Of a DNA stretch of 53,945 nt, positions 46,348 to 53,945 are shown one piece after another. A program made the translations under genes and the position numbers. Each line of letters begins with the position of its first letter. Within the stretch, counting starts at the first letter, position 1. Source of the stretch: Pseudomonadota bacterium (GTDB lineage Bacteria; Pseudomonadota; Alphaproteobacteria; Caulobacterales; Hyphomonadaceae); the NCBI GenBank assembly GCA_039198685.1, contig JBCCTK010000001.1, positions 1-53,945 of the forward strand. Direction: 5' to 3'. Below the pieces are notes generated by a model, which was not told the DNA's origin, made no database searches, and was given only the letters and a program-made list of their open reading frames with translations.

Positions 46348-46559
46348 CGTGCTGGATGGTGCATAAATGTCTCACATTCAAGCCATGTCAATTCAGCCTG
46401 CATTCGTGAGTTGTCCCGACTCTCTTAATCCTATTTCAGATGGCATCGTGTCCCAAGACGCATAAAACGGCGCTGGGAATTTAGAGAGAGACGCCAAAAA
46501 AGGCACGTCCAGGTGGATTAAGCCAATGGCGCTATAGGGAAATGCATCAAGGAGTCCCC

Positions 46560-49163
46560 ATGAAAATCCAACTTTTGTCGACCAGTGCGTTGCTGCTCGG
46601 TAGCCTTGCCGCGCCGCTCGCCTTGGCTCAGGAGGCGGAAGAAACCGCGTCGCGCACACTCGATACAATTACTGTGACGGCCACCAAGCGAGAGCAGACC
46701 TTGCAGGACGTGCCGGTGGCGGTCTCCGTGGTTGATGAAGAAGTCCTCAATCAGGCACAAGTGTTGGACCTTAACGATCTGCAGAGCCTTGTGCCGTCCT
46801 TGCGGGTTGGCCAGCTGCAGAATTCTGCCCAGACCAATTTCGTCATTCGCGGCTTCGGCAACGGAGCCAACAATGCCGGGATCGAACCATCGGTTGGTGT
46901 CTTTATCGACGGCGTGTTCCGTTCTCGCTCTGCAGCGGCGATTTCAGATCTACCCAATCTGCAGCGTGTCGAAGTTTTGCGCGGGCCGCAATCAACACTG
47001 TTTGGCAAGAACGCGTCGGCAGGTGTCATTTCCGTGGTGACCAGCGCGCCGAGCTTTGAAACCAGCGGAAGTCTGGAAGCGGGTGTTGGCAATTACAATT
47101 CAGTCTTCGCCCGGGGCGATTTCACGGCGCCGATTTCTGAACAAGTTGCTTATTCGATTTCCGGCGGTTTCAACCAGCGCGACGGCTACACCGAGAACCT
47201 GTTAGGCGGCGAAGACATCAATGACCGGGACCGTTGGAATATCCGCGGACAGCTTCTCGTGGAGCCGTCTGATAACCTCAGTATCCGCTTTATTGCGGAC
47301 TACAGCGAATTGGACGAGATCTGCTGTACGACGACGAATGTCGAGAACGGACCCACAGCGGCCGCAATTGAACTGCTTGGTGGCCAATTAAACGATCCAG
47401 CCGATCCGTTTTCCTATACGGTTTTCTTCAACGAAGATCCGATCAACGAACTGACCGACCAAGGCATCTCCGCGACGGTTGAATATTCCTTGGGTGATCT
47501 GTCGCTGACGTCAATTTCTGCCTATCGCGAAAATGACAGCTTTTATGACAGTGAGGTCGATTATACCGGCCTGGACATTGTCAATTCAGCGTTTAGCGAC
47601 ACGCTGATCAAGACATTGACCCAGGAATTCCGCGTGACCTCTGATTATGATGGACCGTTCAACTGGCTAGCAGGCATCTTTTACCTGGATGAAGACATTG
47701 AGCAGTTTACAGGTTTGGGCAGCGGCGAGGACATTCGCAACTATGTCGATATCCTAGCTGGTGGACTTGGGACCTTGTCTGGTTTGGAAGCGGCGCTGGG
47801 CGTGGAGGATGGAACGTTTTTCAGTGCTACCACGGGCACCGAAGAAACGTTCACCCAAGATAACCAGGCCTACTCTCTCTTTGGACAGGTTGACTTTGAG
47901 GTGACCGATAAGCTGACCCTCACAGGTGGCCTGAACTTCACCAGCGATGAAAAAGATGTAACGGGCTCTTCTGTCGTTGATTTCCCCTTCTCGGCGGTTG
48001 ATCTGACGGGTGCTGAAGGCGCCCAAATCCTTGTGGCAGGCGGGTTTACTGATGCCTTTCCAGGGGCATTCCAGGCTACTACGGGTCTGGAACCGTCAGA
48101 TGAGAATATCGCTGCATTTGCTGCGGCCATGCCTGACGCGTTCGCGCAACTCCAGGCCGGTACCCTAGCCCAGGTTCAGGCAGGCGTTGCCATGCTGGAC
48201 CTGACAGATCCAGCGCAGAACCCGCTCCTCGGTTTTCAGGCGCTGCAGTTTCAGCCACCCTTCCTCGCGTTTCCCAATTCCGTTGAGTCCGGATCGTCTA
48301 GCGATGAAGAAGTCACTTGGACCCTGCGTGCCGCCTATGACGTGAATGACAACATCAACGTGTACGCGTCGGCTGGAACGGGCTTCAAGTCTACATCCTG
48401 GAACCTCTCACGCGACAGCCGTCCCTTCGCATCTGATGCCGCCGCCCTCACCGCAGCCGGGCTTACCCAGCCCAACCAGACCTTTGGTACCCGCTTTGCG
48501 GGTCCTGAGGAGGCCACGGTCTATGAACTCGGTTTGAAAGCGGCGTTCAATACTTTTGCCTTTAACGCGACAGTATTCGACCAGACGATTGAGGGCTTCC
48601 AATCAAACCTTTTCACCGGGACCGGATTTTCGCTTGTCAATGCGGGTGAGCAATCGGTGTTGGGCTTGGAAGTTGATGGCATTTGGTCGCCGACAGAAGC
48701 ACTCACGCTGACCTTTGCAGGCACCTTCCTGGATCCGGTCTATGATGACTTTGTCGAAACCGGTATCCCGATTGACCCTAACCTTCCGGCAGTGGGCGCC
48801 AACCAGGTCGATTTGACGGACGAACAACCGGCCGGAATCCATACAGTCAGCCTGTCCACATCAGCCGTTTACACGCACACCTTCGCCAATGGCTGGAGCG
48901 GGTTTGTGCGCGGCGAGTATCAGTACGAAGATGACATCCAGATTGTTGACAACATTCCCGGCGTGAACCGGGAAATCAATGTCGTGAATGCCTCGCTCGG
49001 GCTCGATATTGGAAACGGCTGGTCTGGCCGGGTGTGGGGCCGGAACATCTTCGACGATGAGTACTTTCTAAGCGCATTCCCGGGTGTGATTCAGGCCGGC
49101 ACGATAAACGCATATCCCAACCAGCCGGCAACCTATGGCGTGTCGGTGCGCAAGACGTTCTAG
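46560..49163 (+). CDS. TonB-dependent receptor
   Basis: Signal peptide MKIQLLSTSALLLGSLAAPLALAQ, TonB box/plug DTITVTATKREQTLQDVPVAVSVV, VEVLRGPQSTLFGKNASAGVI, beta-barrel, terminal YGVSVRKTF. Confidence 0.9.
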   Translation: MKIQLLSTSALLLGSLAAPLALAQEAEETASRTLDTITVTATKREQTLQDVPVAVSVVDEEVLNQAQVLDLNDLQSLVPSLRVGQLQNSAQTNFVIRGFGNGANNAGIEPSVGVFIDGVFRSRSAAAISDLPNLQRVEVLRGPQSTLFGKNASAGVISVVTSAPSFETSGSLEAGVGNYNSVFARGDFTAPISEQVAYSISGGFNQRDGYTENLLGGEDINDRDRWNIRGQLLVEPSDNLSIRFIADYSELDEICCTTTNVENGPTAAAIELLGGQLNDPADPFSYTVFFNEDPINELTDQGISATVEYSLGDLSLTSISAYRENDSFYDSEVDYTGLDIVNSAFSDTLIKTLTQEFRVTSDYDGPFNWLAGIFYLDEDIEQFTGLGSGEDIRNYVDILAGGLGTLSGLEAALGVEDGTFFSATTGTEETFTQDNQAYSLFGQVDFEVTDKLTLTGGLNFTSDEKDVTGSSVVDFPFSAVDLTGAEGAQILVAGGFTDAFPGAFQATTGLEPSDENIAAFAAAMPDAFAQLQAGTLAQVQAGVAMLDLTDPAQNPLLGFQALQFQPPFLAFPNSVESGSSSDEEVTWTLRAAYDVNDNINVYASAGTGFKSTSWNLSRDSRPFASDAAALTAAGLTQPNQTFGTRFAGPEEATVYELGLKAAFNTFAFNATVFDQTIEGFQSNLFTGTGFSLVNAGEQSVLGLEVDGIWSPTEALTLTFAGTFLDPVYDDFVETGIPIDPNLPAVGANQVDLTDEQPAGIHTVSLSTSAVYTHTFANGWSGFVRGEYQYEDDIQIVDNIPGVNREINVVNASLGLDIGNGWSGRVWGRNIFDDEYFLSAFPGVIQAGTINAYPNQPATYGVSVRKTF

Positions 49164-49188
49164 GTCTAAGAGAGCTTATACTTTGGAG

Positions 49189-49226
49189 ACGCCCGTGCCG
49201 GAGTTCTGGTGCGGGCGTTTTCGTTT
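49189..49226 (+). terminator. Rho-independent terminator after the TonB-dependent receptor
   Basis: ACGCCCG (49189-95) pairs with CGGGCGT (49212-18), followed by TTTTCGTTTG. Confidence 0.6.
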
Positions 49227-49273
49227 GTGTCGCCAAGCTTTAAGCTGGAAGAAGATAATCTGGGAGATTCAAG

Positions 49274-50755
49274 ATGGGCGATCATATCCTGGTGATTGAT
49301 GAAGGCACCACGTCCACACGCGCCATCGCTTTCAATCATGACTTCAAAGAGACAGCGCTCAGTCAATGCGAACTCAACCTGACCTATCCAAAGGATGGCT
49401 GGGTGGAACAGGATGGGTTGGAAATCTGGCAAGCGACCCTGGACGCCGCCCACGCCACAATTCAATCGGCGGGCGGAATCGACCAGTTTGTGGCTATTGG
49501 GATTACCAACCAGCGCGAGACCACACTGCTCTGGGACTGCGAAACGGGCGTGCCCGTTGGGCCCGCAATTGTCTGGCAGGACCGGCGAACCGCGCCCGTA
49601 TGCGACCATCTCAGGGTAGAAGGCCATGGGCCGCAGGTTGAGTCGATAACGGGCCTGCTGATCGATCCCTACTTCTCTGCCACCAAGATCGCCTGGTTGA
49701 TCAAGGCCCATGACCTGTCGACAGAAGCCTTGGAGCGGGGGCAATATGCTTTCGGAACCATCGAGACTTGGCTGATTTGGAACCTTACGGGTGGCCGGGT
49801 CCACGCCACAGACGTGACCAATGCCGCAAGGACCTCCTTGATGGACTTGGAGCGCAATACCTGGTCTGGGCCGATGTGCGATCTGTTCGGTGTGCCGCGT
49901 AGCCTCTTGCCTGAGATCAGGAGCAGCGCAGGACGCTTTGGGGACACTGATCCGGAGCTTTTCGGACGCTCGCTTCCGGTCCTTTCGGCCATTGGAGACC
50001 AACAGGCTGCCCTGGTCGGACAGGGGTGCCTACGGCCAGGACAAGGGAAGATCACACTCGGGACTGGGGCCTTTCTGGTTTCGAATACGGGAGATGCGCG
50101 GCCGCGGTCCCAACATGCACTTTTGGCGACGCGCGCCTATGACACAGGGCAAGGCCAATCCGCCTTCGCCCTGGAAGGCGCCATCTTCAATGCCGGTACG
50201 GTGGTGAAATGGCTGCGTGACGAATTGGGCCTGATCGGATCCGCCGCAGACAGTGAGGCGATGGCCAGAGATGTTGGATCCACGCAGGGCGTTTTCTTTG
50301 TACCCGCCTTCACGGGCCTTGGCGCACCCCACTGGACCCCCGATGCACGCGGTGAAATCACGGGGTTATCGCGCTCAACGCGCGCGGCGCACATCGTGCG
50401 GGCGGGGCTGGAAGCCTGTGCCTATCAAGCGCGCGATTTGCTGGATGCGTTTGCTGCTGATGGCGCCCGCGTCGAGACGTTGCGGGTGGATGGCGGCATG
50501 GCGAGCAATGACTGGCTTATGCAGTTCATGGCCGATATCTGCGACGTTCAACTCGAGCGGCCGAGCTATATGGAGATGACGGCTCTGGGCGCGGCCGCAT
50601 TGGCGGCATTCGAACTGGGCTGGCTGACTCCCGAAGACTGGGCCGAAAGGGATTCAGGTCTTCAACGTTTCGAACCTGAGATGAGTCCAAGTCAACGCGG
50701 CAGTTTGCTGGCGGGATGGAGGCGGGCCATACAGAAATCCATCTCGCCCGTTTGA
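49274..50755 (+). CDS. glpK: Glycerol kinase
   Basis: ILVIDEGTTSTRAIAF, GITNQRETTLLWD, WQDRRT, GDQQAALVGQ, RVDGGMASNDWLMQF. Confidence 0.95.
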   Translation: MGDHILVIDEGTTSTRAIAFNHDFKETALSQCELNLTYPKDGWVEQDGLEIWQATLDAAHATIQSAGGIDQFVAIGITNQRETTLLWDCETGVPVGPAIVWQDRRTAPVCDHLRVEGHGPQVESITGLLIDPYFSATKIAWLIKAHDLSTEALERGQYAFGTIETWLIWNLTGGRVHATDVTNAARTSLMDLERNTWSGPMCDLFGVPRSLLPEIRSSAGRFGDTDPELFGRSLPVLSAIGDQQAALVGQGCLRPGQGKITLGTGAFLVSNTGDARPRSQHALLATRAYDTGQGQSAFALEGAIFNAGTVVKWLRDELGLIGSAADSEAMARDVGSTQGVFFVPAFTGLGAPHWTPDARGEITGLSRSTRAAHIVRAGLEACAYQARDLLDAFAADGARVETLRVDGGMASNDWLMQFMADICDVQLERPSYMEMTALGAAALAAFELGWLTPEDWAERDSGLQRFEPEMSPSQRGSLLAGWRRAIQKSISPV

Positions 50756-50769
50756 GTGGGTTTCAATGC

Positions 50770-50817
50770 AAAAAAAAAGAGCGAGGCTGTTTCCAGCCCC
50801 GCCCCTTCGTGTTTTTT
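50770..50817. terminator. Hairpin terminator between convergent glpK and the S9 peptidase gene (better U-tract on the minus strand)
   Basis: GAGCGAGGCTG (50779-89) pairs with CAGCCCCGCCC (50794-804), giving 9 bp plus 2 A.C mismatches across a 4-nt loop. It is flanked by A9 (50770-78, a U-run on the minus strand) and by GTTTTTT (50811-17). Confidence 0.5.
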
Positions 50818-50831
50818 CAACGCCGATTGAC

Positions 50832-52832
50832 CTATCCGGCCGTCATATTCACGGCACGAGGCGGCATACCGCACGGGCCTTCGAGAAAGGCAAACATCTC
50901 CGTGAACATCTCTTGATAATTATCGTAGAAGATCGTTCCGAAAAAGTGGTTTGCGTCTTCAAGTACGACATATCGATGTTCTTTGTTGTGACGTTTCAAT
51001 TCGTCCACGAAGAGCTCACTGTGGATGATTGGCACGCGCTCGTCGATTTCCCCATGGATAACCAGCACGGGCACATTCACCTTGTCCACGTGTGCCAGCG
51101 GGTCGAAGCCGTCTGCGGTGGGTCGGTAGGTTCGGTCACTGAAGTCGCCAATTTGAGCAAGATAAGAACGGAAACGCGCTTTTTCAGACACGCCTGCACC
51201 AGGAATGGCGCATTGATAGACGTTGTCTTCACGCATGGATCCCACAAAAGCAGAATACCCGCCATAGGACCATCCGAAGATCGCAGCTTCTTCCTCTATC
51301 CCGAGACCGAGCTCGACGACGTAAGCCAAAGCATCATCTACATCATCTTGTGGTTCATACCCCCAACGTTTGAAGCCAGACATCATGTGGTCTTTGCCAA
51401 AGCCTGAAGAAATGCGGAACTGAGGCTGCACCACCAAATATCCACGGCTTGCAAGCGTTTGCGCCCAAAGATCAAAGCCCCAAAAATCCCTCGCAACGGG
51501 TCCGCCATGGGGCATCATGACGACTGGCCAGGGACCTTCGCCATTGGGGCGGGTGATCAGGGCTGGCATTTCCCGACCATCTCTGGCGGTGTAGTATTCC
51601 CAGGTCACATTTGCAAGTTGAGCGGGCTGCAAATCTGGATTTGCGGAGCCCAGATAATCCAACTGAGCCTTGTCGGTGAGCAGGAAATAGCTTGGCGGCA
51701 TCTGCGGACCCTGGCTCGAAATGACGATATACTTCTCATCTTCCGACCGGCTAATGATGCTATTATTTGCATTGGGCAGCGCTAAATCTATCGCGTCAGC
51801 GAGTGTTTTCTCTTCGGGTGAGATGTACTCAATCTCGAACCCAGCTGCTGCGTAGCTGTACCCAACAATTTCATAGCTTTTGGTATCTGGTCGCCAAACA
51901 CGCTGCACTCCCGCCGCATCATAGTCTGGATGGTGAAACAAAAGCTCAAGAAATTCTTCTGATGCAAGGTCGTATTTATATAATCCTGCCGTATCAAACT
52001 CATGATTAGAAACAACGTAGAATATACTGGCGTTGTCTGTATCTTGTGCAACAGGTTGGAATATCTCCGCAACAGCTTCGACAGTGGGGGCCGTCTCCTT
52101 AACGAGTGTCCACTCGGCGTCACCATTCCTGCGGAGGTAGACTTTGGCTATATCGTCACCGTCGACAGTTTGTTTCAGCCGAGGGGTGCCGTCCCTGCCG
52201 TACAAGCCTACGTCTCCACCTCTTACGCCGCGCCCTACCAGATCCAATGAACCGTTGTCGACATCCATCTCATATATGTTTGCAGGGCGAGTAATGTCCT
52301 GATTGTACGCCACCAGGATTTTGTCTGGATCCCATGGCATCGTTGAAATTATGGAGCCGGAATTGTATTGTCCGAAGTCACGTTCTGCTTGGCTTCTGCG
52401 GTCGAAGCGGCGCTTGGGGAGATCTTCCCAGCGGCGCTCATCCATGGAGATTGTAGCCAGCTTTACAAACTGATTGTTGTATTCATTGCCGCTGTCCCAG
52501 ATTTGCCACATGGCGGAAACAAGGGTGTCGTCGTCTAGCCAATCCACGGACCGGATTTTTACCTTTTCGGCTGAACCAAACACGACTGGCGGCTTCGATA
52601 AGTCTGCGGTCTCAAAAACAAGGATCAGGGGGTTCCCGTCCTTTTCAAGTCTTTGGACTGTGGCGAGATAGGTGCCATCGGGTGAAACATCGGCGTCAAC
52701 GAATGCCGGGTCGCGGATAAAGTGTTCCAGTGGCGTAAAGCCGTCTTCCTGGGCCATTGCGGCTGGGGCAAGCATGGCACATGCAGTGAGTGCGCTGGCG
52801 GCCAGCCCTTTTACAAGAGTGTAGAGTTTCAA
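50832..52832 (-). CDS. S9 family serine peptidase (dipeptidyl aminopeptidase/acylaminoacyl peptidase-like), secreted
   Basis: TTG start at 52832 preceded by GGAGGA, giving signal peptide (M)KLYTLVKGLAASALTACAMLAPAAMAQ. Catalytic GWSYGGYSA, plus HGEID and DANH near the C-terminus. GC content is visibly lower than the surroundings. Confidence 0.85.
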   Translation of the reverse strand: MKLYTLVKGLAASALTACAMLAPAAMAQEDGFTPLEHFIRDPAFVDADVSPDGTYLATVQRLEKDGNPLILVFETADLSKPPVVFGSAEKVKIRSVDWLDDDTLVSAMWQIWDSGNEYNNQFVKLATISMDERRWEDLPKRRFDRRSQAERDFGQYNSGSIISTMPWDPDKILVAYNQDITRPANIYEMDVDNGSLDLVGRGVRGGDVGLYGRDGTPRLKQTVDGDDIAKVYLRRNGDAEWTLVKETAPTVEAVAEIFQPVAQDTDNASIFYVVSNHEFDTAGLYKYDLASEEFLELLFHHPDYDAAGVQRVWRPDTKSYEIVGYSYAAAGFEIEYISPEEKTLADAIDLALPNANNSIISRSEDEKYIVISSQGPQMPPSYFLLTDKAQLDYLGSANPDLQPAQLANVTWEYYTARDGREMPALITRPNGEGPWPVVMMPHGGPVARDFWGFDLWAQTLASRGYLVVQPQFRISSGFGKDHMMSGFKRWGYEPQDDVDDALAYVVELGLGIEEEAAIFGWSYGGYSAFVGSMREDNVYQCAIPGAGVSEKARFRSYLAQIGDFSDRTYRPTADGFDPLAHVDKVNVPVLVIHGEIDERVPIIHSELFVDELKRHNKEHRYVVLEDANHFFGTIFYDNYQEMFTEMFAFLEGPCGMPPRAVNMTAG

Positions 52833-52949
52833 GATTTCCTCCGGGTTTGCACGGGGCAAAAAAATTCGGTGGCGGCACAAACCGCCACCGAAGTGTTTCG
52901 CTTTCGCTTGATATTTCAAGCGAAGAAAGCGCGCATCACGGCACCGTGA

Positions 52950-53945
52950 TCAAAATTCTTTCGATGCCTGAACAAACGCACGGCGACCGAACGGGTCATA
53001 ACCCACACCGATCGGGAAGTTGCGAACCGAGAAAGTTGCATCGTCATCAACCCGATTCGGAAACTCATCAAACACGTTCTCGATACCCACAGTCACGGCC
53101 CAGGAGCCGGGATCATATGTAAGAGAGACATTGTGGATGAAGTAGTCTTCGGTGGCGTCGGTGAGAAATTCAACGCTTCCGTCAAAATCATCATCACGGT
53201 CATCGTTGCCACCAGAGATGAAACGGGTCTGCCAAACGGTGCGGAAATCCCGGTAATCACCAATCAGTGTGGCGTTCCACTGCCATTCGGGGAATTCCGG
53301 CTCACCGGCATTGTCGTCAATCGCGGCTTCGATTTCTTCTGCCGAAGCGCCGGGTGCCAGCGTATTCGACAAGTCGAGAATTCGTTCTTCTGTCTTGTTC
53401 AAACGAAGATCAAAGGTCATGTCTAGCGGACGCTCACCAATGATGAACTCTTGCTGATAGAGCAGGTTCAGATCGAAGCCTTTTGCCGTTTCAAGGCCGA
53501 TGTTCAAGAAGCTTGCATCGACAAAGTCGATAAAGCCGCCATCGCTACGACCAATCCGCTGACAGAACGCTGATCCCAGATTTGGATTGTCCTCGAAACA
53601 GTCGCGAACGATAAAGCCTGCGCCAGGCTCAGCCACAGCGTCGGTGATTTCCGTGTCGTAATAGGCAAGGTTCACACTCAAGTCAAAGGCATCAAACCAA
53701 GGTTGCTCTACGGTGAAACCGACCGTGAAGCTCTCTGATTCTTCCGCAACCAGATTTTGTGAACCACCGGTACTGATTTCAACAGACTGGTTGGCGCTGA
53801 GGTTCCCGGCCAAACCGAGGCTCGTTGGATCCACACCCGCTTGGACGCAGTTGTCGAGCGTGATTTGCGAACGGGTATCGCCGTCTGGATTATAAGTCGG
53901 ATCGATCCCTGGCGCTTGTGCCGGAAAATGCACGCACGGCCCAAG
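52950..53945 (-). CDS. TonB-dependent receptor, C-terminal barrel portion (N-terminus lies beyond the window)
   Basis: The frame is open to base 53945. Beta-barrel-type alternating sequence ending RRAFVQASKEF (terminal aromatic residue). Confidence 0.85.
   Translation of the reverse strand, partial: LGPCVHFPAQAPGIDPTYNPDGDTRSQITLDNCVQAGVDPTSLGLAGNLSANQSVEISTGGSQNLVAEESESFTVGFTVEQPWFDAFDLSVNLAYYDTEITDAVAEPGAGFIVRDCFEDNPNLGSAFCQRIGRSDGGFIDFVDASFLNIGLETAKGFDLNLLYQQEFIIGERPLDMTFDLRLNKTEERILDLSNTLAPGASAEEIEAAIDDNAGEPEFPEWQWNATLIGDYRDFRTVWQTRFISGGNDDRDDDFDGSVEFLTDATEDYFIHNVSLTYDPGSWAVTVGIENVFDEFPNRVDDDATFSVRNFPIGVGYDPFGRRAFVQASKEF

Overview
This 53.9-kb window is a GC-rich chromosomal segment. Lines I hand-counted were about 55-63% GC, falling to about 37-50% after ~50.8 kb. 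Gene content looks alphaproteobacterial, which is inference from content only. I support 46 protein-coding genes (two run off the window ends), one tRNA-Leu(GAG), a few terminators, and operator-like palindromes. I saw no rRNA, CRISPR array, integrase, transposase or prophage genes.

Most genes are housekeeping: thrS, uvrC, pyrD, msrB, lipB, glpK, dps, rluE, an aspartate aminotransferase and a Mur ligase next to an LD-carboxypeptidase. There is also a loose fatty-acid/acyl-CoA cluster at 27.5-38.1 kb, many peptidases (M1, S9A, S9, S1, S66), two TonB-dependent receptors, and LPS/polysaccharide genes beside a C39-peptidase ABC exporter.

Features the ordinary annotation does not explain:
1. A dispersed non-coding repeat family. 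It has a ~40-nt terminal module, full copies of ~160-200 nt, and ends bounded by CTAG. It sits exactly on the TAG stop codons of four unrelated genes (2.4 kb, 14.7 kb, 17.1 kb, 43.0 kb).
2. A candidate small RNA on the minus strand at ~17.24-17.35 kb, with two CUCCUCC-type motifs and an intrinsic terminator.
3. An orphan membrane-anchored TIR-domain protein (43078-43950) wedged between housekeeping genes.
4. An orphan DNase-I-like (EEP) protein with a highly basic tail.
5. A secreted protein built from three Cys-containing DGECDDPRF repeats.
6. A C39-ABC exporter with no recognisable cargo gene in the 450 nt upstream.

I cannot name a complete multi-gene novel system. The TIR singleton and the repeat family are the strongest leads.
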